Origin: Deltaproteobacteria bacterium UBA4427 | GTDB taxonomy: Bacteria; Myxococcota_A; UBA9160; UBA4427 | DNA length: 64,000 bases | Assembly (NCBI GenBank): GCA_002390675.1 | Contig: DGPZ01000195.1 | Location: 67,095 to 131,094, forward strand | Direction of reading: 5' to 3' | In this document: piece by piece, positions 43,838 to 51,678 of the stretch | Position numbering within the stretch: the first letter of the stretch is position 1 | How the letters are laid out: each line of letters begins with the position of its first letter | Notes under the pieces: model-generated | Told to the model about the DNA's origin: nothing | Seen by the model: the letters and a program-made list of their open reading frames with translations, nothing else | The model's database searches: none | Made by a program: the position numbers and the translations under genes

Positions 43838-45652
43838 TTAGGGAATTTGAAGCTCATCGAGTTTCGCCTGGGGAACGACGCCGTTCTTCCAGCCGCGGAC
43901 GTCGTAGTATTCGACAAGCATCTGGTCGAGTTCAGAAACATGGCCCTTGGAGCCGGAGAGCGTTGAAGCTTCCTCGGTGAAGCGCTTTGGCAAGGTGTCG
44001 CTGCCTTCGCCGAAGCCAGCCAAGTTGTTGTAGTAGCGCTCGAGATTGTAGACGCGCTCCCCCGCCTGCATGACGTCTTCGGCGGTGCACTCAATCCCCA
44101 TGGCGCCGCTCCACTGAGCAGCATACTCGTCCGCGCCCTGCGCGAATGCGCTGAACTTGCAGAGGTCTAGGCTGTCGGAGAAGGCTGCGAGGTCCTGGAA
44201 AATCATGACTAGTTCGCCTTTGCCTCTCCATTCAAGCGGGTCCGCTTCGATGCCAACCACTCCGAGTTCCGCTGCTGCGACATACGCGCGCAGATGGCAG
44301 GCGCCGCGATTACTCGTCGCATAACCCAGTCCCATACCCTTGAGTCCCCGGGGGTCATAGGCCGCAACCGCTTGGCCCTTGCAGGCCATCGCCGCTTCGG
44401 GACGTCCGAAATTCTGAGCCGTGATGACGGCCCCGTCTGCGAGCTTGTCCCCGATGCCTTCTCGGAGCGCGAGCTTTTCAGTCAGCGCCACCATGGCCGC
44501 ATCGTCGCCCCAATCGAGCGATTCCCCGTTAGTTAGGCCTTTTTCGGTGCACTCCATGAAGACGGAATAGACATTGCCGAGTTCGATCGGGTCGAGGCCG
44601 TAGTCGTTGCACTGATCGATCAGCTTCGCGACCGAGCGAATATCATCGACGTCGCAATTCGAGCCCAGCGCCCAGGCCGGCTCGTATTCGACACTTTCCA
44701 TCTTTAGGCCTTTCCACGGGCCGTCTTTGATCTCGACTTCCTTCTTACAGGCGACGGGGCAGGCGTGACACGTCGGGTTTCCTACAAGGATATTTTCCTC
44801 GACGTATTCGCCGGAGAGGGACTCTGCGCGCTCGCCGAAGGAAGTGAGCTGGCTATTCCGGACGCCTAACGCGCCGATACTATTAGTGACGTTCATGAGC
44901 ACATTCGTGCCGTAGACCGAAAGCCCTCCTTTTTTGGGGCTCGTGATATTTTTCTCGTCGCGGATTGTGTTGAGTGCCAATTTTCGAGCGGCTTGCCAGG
45001 CATCCTTGTCCGGGACATCGCTCTTCTTGTTGGCTGCGCGAACGATGATCGCCTTGAGGTTCTTGCTACCACCGACGGCACCGGTGCCGCCGCGACCAAA
45101 GGCTCGATCATCTTCGTTGACCCAAGCGGCGAAGCGGGAGAGATTTTCGCCGGCCTGGCCGATGGCGTTGATGGAGAGATTCTTTTTTCCGTAGCGTTCC
45201 TGATAGAAGGCAACAGTTTCATGGATGCCCATGCCCCAGGTGTCACTGGCATCACGAATCGAAATTTCGCCGTCTTCGATGAACACATAGACGGGTGCAT
45301 CGGCTCGACCTTCAAAAATAAGGCCATCGAATCCAGCCCAGCGGACCCGTGCCGCGCTCCAGCCACCCTGATGGCTATCCGTCACCGTATTCGTGAGCGG
45401 ACTCTTGGTGACCGCGGCCCATCGGCCACTCATGCTCATCTCGCTTCCGGAGAGCGGGCCGTTCATGAAGCAGAGGATATTTTCCGGGGAGAGCGGCTCG
45501 ACGTTGGGGCCGTTCTCAAGGACATAACGTACACCGAGCCCGCGTGCGCCGATATATTTCTCAACCCACTCGGGCGGGGCGGGACGATTCTCGACGGTTC
45601 CCTCGGAGAGATTGATATGAGCGATGTCGCGTCCAAAGGTCCTGGCGTCCAT
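43838..45652 (-). CDS. aldehyde:ferredoxin oxidoreductase family (tungsto/molybdopterin) enzyme
   Basis: 604 aa from ATG 45652 (AGGAGA RBS). N-terminal AOR domain IAHINLSEGTVENRP...GARGLG, and 4Fe-4S ligands CHACPVAC. Confidence 0.9.
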   Translation of the reverse strand: MDARTFGRDIAHINLSEGTVENRPAPPEWVEKYIGARGLGVRYVLENGPNVEPLSPENILCFMNGPLSGSEMSMSGRWAAVTKSPLTNTVTDSHQGGWSAARVRWAGFDGLIFEGRADAPVYVFIEDGEISIRDASDTWGMGIHETVAFYQERYGKKNLSINAIGQAGENLSRFAAWVNEDDRAFGRGGTGAVGGSKNLKAIIVRAANKKSDVPDKDAWQAARKLALNTIRDEKNITSPKKGGLSVYGTNVLMNVTNSIGALGVRNSQLTSFGERAESLSGEYVEENILVGNPTCHACPVACKKEVEIKDGPWKGLKMESVEYEPAWALGSNCDVDDIRSVAKLIDQCNDYGLDPIELGNVYSVFMECTEKGLTNGESLDWGDDAAMVALTEKLALREGIGDKLADGAVITAQNFGRPEAAMACKGQAVAAYDPRGLKGMGLGYATSNRGACHLRAYVAAAELGVVGIEADPLEWRGKGELVMIFQDLAAFSDSLDLCKFSAFAQGADEYAAQWSGAMGIECTAEDVMQAGERVYNLERYYNNLAGFGEGSDTLPKRFTEEASTLSGSKGHVSELDQMLVEYYDVRGWKNGVVPQAKLDELQIP

Positions 45653-45769
45653 GATTCGATGATCTCCTAATGGGATTGACTGAAAAGCGAAACAGGATCC
45701 CGCCAAAGGGCTCCGGTCCTCTATTCTAGACCGATCGAGTGGCATTCCGGAAGTCAATCCGCAGGGAGT

Positions 45770-46141
45770 TTGGGTGTGGGCAGCAGAGATCTGAGAGATG
45801 GACCTGAGGCAGCGTTCGCAGCCTATCTCAAGCGCCATGCATCCAACGATCTGGAGGGCGTCCTTGAGTTATTCTCAGCCTCCGCCGTGGTCGAAGATCC
45901 CGTGGGCACGCCGGCCTGGACGGGTCTTGCGGCAATCCGGTCCTTCTATTCGGGGACTTATCTCCGGAACGGGACTATGCGGGTCGATCCAGTAGGCCCA
46001 GCGCTCGTCGGCGGCTTTGAGTTAGTGGCACACGTGCGTGCTGCGTTGGACGCGCCGGGGAGTCCTCCGGCGATGGACGTAATTTATGTCATTCGTTTTG
46101 CTGCGGATGGGAAAATCGAAAGTCTCCGGGCCTGGTATTAA
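45770..46141 (+). CDS. SnoaL / ketosteroid-isomerase-like (NTF2 fold) protein
   Basis: 123 aa. The pattern AAFAAYLKRHASNDLEGVLELFSASAVVEDPVG fits this fold. Confidence 0.65.
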   Translation: MGVGSRDLRDGPEAAFAAYLKRHASNDLEGVLELFSASAVVEDPVGTPAWTGLAAIRSFYSGTYLRNGTMRVDPVGPALVGGFELVAHVRAALDAPGSPPAMDVIYVIRFAADGKIESLRAWY

Positions 46142-46213
46142 GCTACTCCGGGGCAGGCGATTGCGGGATCAGGCCGGCTTTTCCGCGTCTATAGAGTCGG
46201 CGAAGGAATGCGA

Positions 46214-46288
46214 ATGGAGAGGTTGGGAATCGTTGTAGCTGTCGTTGGCGGCTTCTTCATTGGATTGCCACTACTCATTTCGCTTTAG
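46214..46288 (+). CDS. possible 24-aa hydrophobic micropeptide
   Basis: MERLGIVVAVVGGFFIGLPLLISL, with GAAGGAA 6-7 nt upstream. There is no other support. Confidence 0.2.
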   Translation: MERLGIVVAVVGGFFIGLPLLISL

Positions 46289-46506
46289 GCGCGAATGATA
46301 AATCCCGACGTGGCGCAGGACGTGTACGCGAATCCGACGGGAGAGCCCGCGGCGAAAGTTAGGTTATTGACCCTGCCGAGCGCTCGGAGGATCCCTTTCG
46401 CCCCAATGCCGTTCCTGGATTCGGAACGTTGATCGATTTCCTGCTCGATCCGGAAGATCGTCCGGGCTTCGTTCGATAGGCGCCTCATGAGTGGCCTAAT
46501 AGATAG

Positions 46507-47556
46507 TCAGATCTCTCTTGCGCGGGCTGTTGCCTGCTTGAGCATTCCGTCGATTCGCTGGCGAACGATGTCGCCCTGGCCTCCGCCCGCAAGTCCTCCG
46601 CCCGCACCTGCCCGAAGCCGCGCGGCGACGCCTTCGAGGAGACACGCCATCTTCCACCAGCTGAACGTTTCGTAGTAGGCGAGGGCCGAAAGATCGAAGC
46701 CTGACCGTTCCGTGTAGAGCGCGATCGCATCTTCTCGTCGGGGGAAGGCGGGATGGCGAGTCGGGGAGGGCGATCCGAAATCGTGTTCTTCGTCGGGATT
46801 CGTCCAGTAGAGGACGGACCATACGAAGTCGGCGACGGGATCTCCTAAGGTGCAAAGTTCCCAGTCGAGCACGGCGATGATTCGCTGGTCGGGTCCGAGG
46901 ACCGTATTGTCGAAGCGGTAGTCGCCGTGGACCAGGCCGCATGCTTGTTGCGCGGGTACGGATTTCAAGAGCTGTTCGTGGAGTTCGTAGATTTGCGGTG
47001 TTCCCGCTTGGCCTTCAGGAATCGACGCTTCGAATTGCCTGAGCCAGCGCGCGAGTTGCCGCTCTACATAGGCTTCCTTGCGGCCAAGGTCGCCTAGTCC
47101 CACCGCATCTACGTCGAGCTTTGCCATAGCGACCTGAACATCGATCAAGGATTCGGCTGCGCGTCGACACTGCGACTCGTCGAGTCCCTTTGCTTCCTCG
47201 GGGCCGCGTAAGATGAGTCCGTCCGCAAAGCCCATCACGTAGAATTCGGCCCCATTGACCGCATCGTCGTCGCAGAAGGCAACCGCTTTGGGTACGGGAA
47301 TGCCGCATTCTGGATGCGCGGCGAGCGCCGAGATGATTTTCCATTCGCGACTCATCTCGTGGGCGGTCGCAATCCGCGCTCGTTCAGGCGGTCGCCGTAG
47401 CGCCCATCGCGTGCCGTCTTCCCGCGTCACGATATAGGTGAGATTAGAGCCGCCGGCGGCGACTAACTCGAAGGTGAGTGGACCTTGAGCTTCAGGAATA
47501 TTTGTGTGGAGCCAGTCTGTGACGGAAGGGGCATCGAGACCTCTGAGTTCGGTCAT
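46507..47556 (-). CDS. phosphotransferase (APH / choline-kinase-like) family protein
   Basis: GGSNLTYIV nucleotide loop and catalytic LVHGDYRFDNTVL. The start was trimmed from 47793 to ATG 47556. Confidence 0.85.
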   Translation of the reverse strand: MTELRGLDAPSVTDWLHTNIPEAQGPLTFELVAAGGSNLTYIVTREDGTRWALRRPPERARIATAHEMSREWKIISALAAHPECGIPVPKAVAFCDDDAVNGAEFYVMGFADGLILRGPEEAKGLDESQCRRAAESLIDVQVAMAKLDVDAVGLGDLGRKEAYVERQLARWLRQFEASIPEGQAGTPQIYELHEQLLKSVPAQQACGLVHGDYRFDNTVLGPDQRIIAVLDWELCTLGDPVADFVWSVLYWTNPDEEHDFGSPSPTRHPAFPRREDAIALYTERSGFDLSALAYYETFSWWKMACLLEGVAARLRAGAGGGLAGGGQGDIVRQRIDGMLKQATARAREI

Positions 47557-47638
47557 GTCTTGTCTTTCGTGGTAGCCATTATTTTGTGGATTAGATTGGC
47601 GATGTGGCGTTACGGCGTCGTAGGTCGAGGCGCGGTTC

Positions 47639-48559
47639 TTAGAACCCGCTTGTCGGTTCGTCGGGGTTAAGCGCGGCTCCGAGTGCCGCGTTGTAGATCT
47701 GGAAGGAGAGACCCGCTGTACGTGGATCAAGGGGGGGGGCGCCATGATAGGCGCCCGGGCAGTTGTAGAGCTCGACAGGGATGCCCGCGGCAAGCAGCTT
47801 TAAGCCGTACTCGATCCCTTCGTCTCGAAGCGGATCGAGACCGTTCGTCTGGATGAAGGCCGGGGGGAGATCCTCAAAGTTTTCCGCCCTCGCCGGGGCT
47901 GCATAGGGCGAAGTTGAGGACCGATCGTAGTCCTCTCCGAGATAGTGAAGCCACATCCCTACCGCGGCCACGGAATTGAAGCCCGGCGTGTCCGCACCGG
48001 ATTGGGCCATGGAAGGCGTCTCCATGCGGTCGTCGGTCACCGGGATAAGAAGCGCTTGGTAGGCGATTTTGGGGCCCCCGCGATCGCGCACCATCATGGC
48101 GAGTGCGGCGGTGAGGGCACCTCCGGCACTGCCCCCGGTGACGACCAGGCGGTTTAGGTCGATGCCTAGTTCATCCGCGTTCTTCCCGACCCATTGCAGA
48201 GCGGCATAACAATCGTCCGGTGCCGCGGGGAAGGGATGTTCTGGTGCCAATCGATAGTCGACGGAAACGACGACGCAGCCATGGCCCAGAGCCCAGTTGG
48301 CTTCCATGCCAGCAAAGGACTCGGGGTGCATGATGCAGAACGCGCCGCCGTGAATGTGGAACAGGATCGGTAGTCGTCCTTCTAGGGCGCGAGGTCGATA
48401 GACTACGACGCGGACGTCGGGCTCGCCCGTAGGGCCGGGGACGAAACGTTCGCCGATCTCGAGCTCGGAGTGGTGCCTATCCGTTAGCTCGAGGCCAGGC
48501 ATAGGCTCTTCGGGCAAGTTGCGGTCGGGAATCGGGAGCAGTTCATGGGCGCGGGACAT
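47639..48559 (-). CDS. alpha/beta hydrolase, hormone-sensitive-lipase-like esterase
   Basis: Oxyanion HGGAF and nucleophile elbow GGSAGG. Confidence 0.9.
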   Translation of the reverse strand: MSRAHELLPIPDRNLPEEPMPGLELTDRHHSELEIGERFVPGPTGEPDVRVVVYRPRALEGRLPILFHIHGGAFCIMHPESFAGMEANWALGHGCVVVSVDYRLAPEHPFPAAPDDCYAALQWVGKNADELGIDLNRLVVTGGSAGGALTAALAMMVRDRGGPKIAYQALLIPVTDDRMETPSMAQSGADTPGFNSVAAVGMWLHYLGEDYDRSSTSPYAAPARAENFEDLPPAFIQTNGLDPLRDEGIEYGLKLLAAGIPVELYNCPGAYHGAPPLDPRTAGLSFQIYNAALGAALNPDEPTSGF

Positions 48560-48879
48560 GTTTGTACCTCCGGCTCGATCCTATCACGCTTACGCGATCT
48601 TCTTCCGGGAGAGATCGAGAGAGTTGCCAGCAATTATAATCATCTCTTTGAATAACCGACGCTCTTCTACGTGGTTGTCTTGATGATTGCTGTGCTCGGC
48701 GAAGCTGATTCGCTCTTTGTTACCTGCGCATCGGCATTCACGCCTTTACGGATCACTCATTCCTGTGTGCAAGCGACCGGCGATATCGTGATGGTGTGCT
48801 TTTCACTATTGTTTGCGAGCTGGCTTGCGCTCGCGACCATGGTTGTGCGCGCGCGTGCGAGCCTTCTAGCTCGATGCGC

Positions 48880-49677
48880 CTAACGGCACGAGTACCCGCC
48901 GTCGACCGGAAGCGTGTGTCCCGTGATGAAGGACGCGGCATCGCTCGATAGGAATACCGCTGCCGTTGCGATTTCATCCGCTTGGCCGAGACGGCCCATC
49001 GGATGGAGCTGCTCGTATTCGTGCTGGACCTGCAGATCCTCGCGCAACAATGAGGTCATAGGCGTTTCGATATAGCCGGGGGCGACGGCGTTTACGCGAA
49101 CGCCAAGCTTGGCGTACGAAATCGCGAACTGAGCTGTCATGCCGACGACAGCATGCTTTGACGCGATATAAGCGATGCCCCCGCCTTCGGTCATAGAAGC
49201 GGGGCCCCCTTCGGAATGGTCGGAAAGAGGTGAGACGAGGCCTTGCAGGCCGGCGATCGAGGCGGTGTTGACGATCGCGCCTCCGCCACGCTCCGCCAAG
49301 AGAGTCGCTCCGTGCTTGAGGCCGTAGTAGACGCCGTTCTGGTTGACTTCGATGGTCTGTTGATAGTCGTCGCCGCCGACGCCCGCATTATTGAAGAGGA
49401 TGTCGAACCCACCGAGGGCGTCGATGGTTTGTATGAGGCTTTTTTCGACCGCGCTTTCGTCGGTCACGTCGAGTCCTAGGGAAGCGGCGTTCCCGCCGTC
49501 GGCAAGGATCGACTCGCTTGTTTGTTTCGCGCCGTCGGCGTCGATGTCCGCGCACATGACGCGGGCTCCGGCTTCGGCATAACGGCGCGCGGCCGCACGG
49601 CCAATACCGGAGGCCGCTCCTGTGACGAGGGCGACGCGGTCGGTGAGATCTATGGTCGGAGATGGGATTGGCATCAT
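48880..49677 (-). CDS. SDR-family oxidoreductase
   Basis: TGAASGIGRA, NNAG, and YIASKHAVVGMT. The start overlaps the NifU-like gene's stop by 4 nt. Confidence 0.9.
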   Translation of the reverse strand: MMPIPSPTIDLTDRVALVTGAASGIGRAAARRYAEAGARVMCADIDADGAKQTSESILADGGNAASLGLDVTDESAVEKSLIQTIDALGGFDILFNNAGVGGDDYQQTIEVNQNGVYYGLKHGATLLAERGGGAIVNTASIAGLQGLVSPLSDHSEGGPASMTEGGGIAYIASKHAVVGMTAQFAISYAKLGVRVNAVAPGYIETPMTSLLREDLQVQHEYEQLHPMGRLGQADEIATAAVFLSSDAASFITGHTLPVDGGYSCR

Positions 49678-49919
49678 GATTCCTTTTCAGTTTCGACTTC
49701 GACGCGCAATACGTCGTCGCTCAGTCCTTTGAGCATGTCATGCATCATGGCGCCGAGTGCTTCCGGCTCCATCACGCACTCCGCGCATTCTTCGTTCACT
49801 CCAGGTCGATAGCTCACGCGCAGCACACCGCCGTCGAATTCGCAGAGACGAACCTGTCCGCCATCGGGTTTAACGATCTCGTTGAATTGCTCGACAACTT
49901 GTTGCACGGCTTCTGACAT
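49674..49919 (-). CDS. NifU-like (C-terminal-domain type) CxxC protein
   Basis: 81 aa. The layout ...PDGGQVRLCEFDGGVLRVSYRPGVNEECAECVMEPEALGAMMHDML resembles the Nfu/NifU C-domain with its CxxC. Confidence 0.65.
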   Translation of the reverse strand: MSEAVQQVVEQFNEIVKPDGGQVRLCEFDGGVLRVSYRPGVNEECAECVMEPEALGAMMHDMLKGLSDDVLRVEVETEKES

Positions 49920-49977
49920 GGCTCTTCCTATATTTTATTTCGAGCTCGGAGCAATGGTAGACGGAGTTTCTGGAGGT

Positions 49978-50541
49978 TCAGCTCGTCAGACGGGCACGCA
50001 CTTTGGGAGCAACCTCTCGTGCCAGATCGCGAATTTCATCTTGATTCCAGATGGCTGTCGGAATGGCCGGGTAGTCGATCAGGATGAACTCAAAATCAGG
50101 CACTCCCGATAGTCGAGCCATCGCTTGGGCAGAGCCCTCGACGGCTTTGTGGATGATGGCGGCGGTCGGAATACCCGCCCACTCGAGCTCGATCGCGTCG
50201 CGCAAACTGCGCGCAGAGCAGCTGCCTCAACCCCCGAAGCCGGCGATTGCCAGCGAGGTCTCCGAGGTGAGCCGAGCCCAATCCGGTCCCTCTGGCGCGA
50301 CGGAGACACTCGGCTTCAGCACACGCACCGCGGCGAGGGTGTCGTCTGCGCTCGTGAGCTCCCCGTACACGGCGTCGAGGAAGGACTTGGATTCACCGAG
50401 TCCATTGGCCACGAGGCCGAGTACATGCCCCGAAAGCGAAGCGACGCGGGCGGGAAGCGCCCGGTCGTCTTTGCGCTCGAGGGGGCCGCTCGTAGGATCG
50501 AGGGCGATCAGTGTTTTTTCGTCCATGGCTAATTCCTTCAT
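49978..50541 (-). CDS. UGSC-motif selenoprotein candidate, second copy (in-frame TGA 50229..50227)
   Basis: Track ORFs 50227..50541 and 49978..50205 are the same frame separated only by a TGA. Joined, they read ...SLAIAGFGG-U-GSCSARSLRDAIELEW... A stem-loop lies 13 nt after the UGA. ATG 50526 (AAGGAA RBS) may be the true start. Confidence 0.8.
50199..50213 (-). promoter_or_regulatory. SECIS-like stem-loop downstream of UGA (locus 2)
   Basis: The mRNA reads UGA-GGCAGCUGCUCUG-CGCGCA-GUU-UGCGCG: a 6-bp GC-rich stem and a GU-containing triloop. Confidence 0.5.
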
Positions 50542-50587
50542 GAAGTTGACGGAAATATTGGCTTTCCGGCGACGGCTAATGTGCGTA

Positions 50588-51589
50588 TTAGTTCGGTACG
50601 TCGATCGCTTCTGTTATGGCGACAGCGAGGTGTGGCAACAAGACCCAAGTCTGAGCCATGCCGTCGCCGCCGGCCGCAGCAATCAGAATTCCGTCCTTGC
50701 GCGGGATCCCGACGATTCGTCCAGTCGGCCCCGGGTCTTCTGCGAACCGGGGGAAGAGGTAGTCGCGCATGTCTTCTTTTGACCAACCGGCACGGTCGAA
50801 ATAGCGGCGATGTTCTGGGCCGACGACGAGCATCACGTTGGCGTCGTCGCCGACGAAGTCGTCCCCTGCAATTCCGTTCTGCCTAAGAGTGTGGAGCATC
50901 GAATCGAGCAGGGCTTCCGGGGTGCGGGAGGTGAAGTCGATCGTCGAGGTCACGGTCATGACGGAGTGAACAGTGACTGTGCTCTGAGCAAGTTGATAGC
51001 CACGTTCGACGTGGAGAGGCGTCCAGTCGCTCTCTTCTTCGTTCTCACCAAAACAGAAGCTGAAGCGATGGGGACTCGAAAAACTTGCGCGGTCCAGTAC
51101 ACCGGGGATGGCGCGACACACGTTGCGAATCACGAGGCGGAGTGCGCGTCCGATTGTGGCGTTGGCGCGGAAGCCCGGGCCCATGCATCCAGCACCGCAT
51201 TCGATGCCAATTCTCGTTCTAATGGGGCCATTGACTAACACGGTCTGTACTGCACCGGACAGCGTGCCGGTCGTGCTATGGCAGTTACCCTTCTCGTGGA
51301 GGTGCGCGCGAAGGGCGGCCACGACGACGGGGAAAAATTCGGGGCGGCAACCCGCCATCACTGCATTAATGGCGGCGTGTTCAGCCGTGACCCGAACTTC
51401 GCGGGTTGGGACTTCACCCAGGAGGAGATCTGGGGCCAGGCCCGCTTCCGCGAGGAAGGCTTCGACGCGATCCGGCGTAGGGGCGACGATCGGGAGACCG
51501 TCGGTCCAACCCTGTGCGTGGTACTGCTCTTGGAGATCTTCTTCGCTGCGGTAGCTATGGCTGGGTGCAGCGAGTGTGGTTGATGACAT
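50588..51589 (-). CDS. uncharacterised conserved protein, partner of the UGSC gene (paralog of 28432..29553)
   Basis: 333 aa with a GGAGGG RBS. Carries the blocks WTDGLPIVAPT, AVMAGCRP and GPGFRANATIGRALRLV, shared with the locus-1 partner. Confidence 0.8.
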   Translation of the reverse strand: MSSTTLAAPSHSYRSEEDLQEQYHAQGWTDGLPIVAPTPDRVEAFLAEAGLAPDLLLGEVPTREVRVTAEHAAINAVMAGCRPEFFPVVVAALRAHLHEKGNCHSTTGTLSGAVQTVLVNGPIRTRIGIECGAGCMGPGFRANATIGRALRLVIRNVCRAIPGVLDRASFSSPHRFSFCFGENEEESDWTPLHVERGYQLAQSTVTVHSVMTVTSTIDFTSRTPEALLDSMLHTLRQNGIAGDDFVGDDANVMLVVGPEHRRYFDRAGWSKEDMRDYLFPRFAEDPGPTGRIVGIPRKDGILIAAAGGDGMAQTWVLLPHLAVAITEAIDVPN

Positions 51590-51678
51590 AGGCCCTCCAT
51601 GAATGACCTTTCCACAAAATGGCGAAGCTGACCAGCGCTACCGGATTGGGAGTCGCGGTATGACTTCAGAGGATACCC

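Noticed and set aside
44993-45670. 225-aa plus-strand ORF
   Set aside because: It is antisense to the aldehyde:ferredoxin oxidoreductase gene.
50084-50782. 232-aa plus-strand ORF spanning UGSC locus 2
   Set aside because: It is antisense to the UGSC gene and to the 3' end of its partner. It is Ser/Arg/Ala-rich with no domain. The minus-strand genes have a paralogous counterpart at locus 1.
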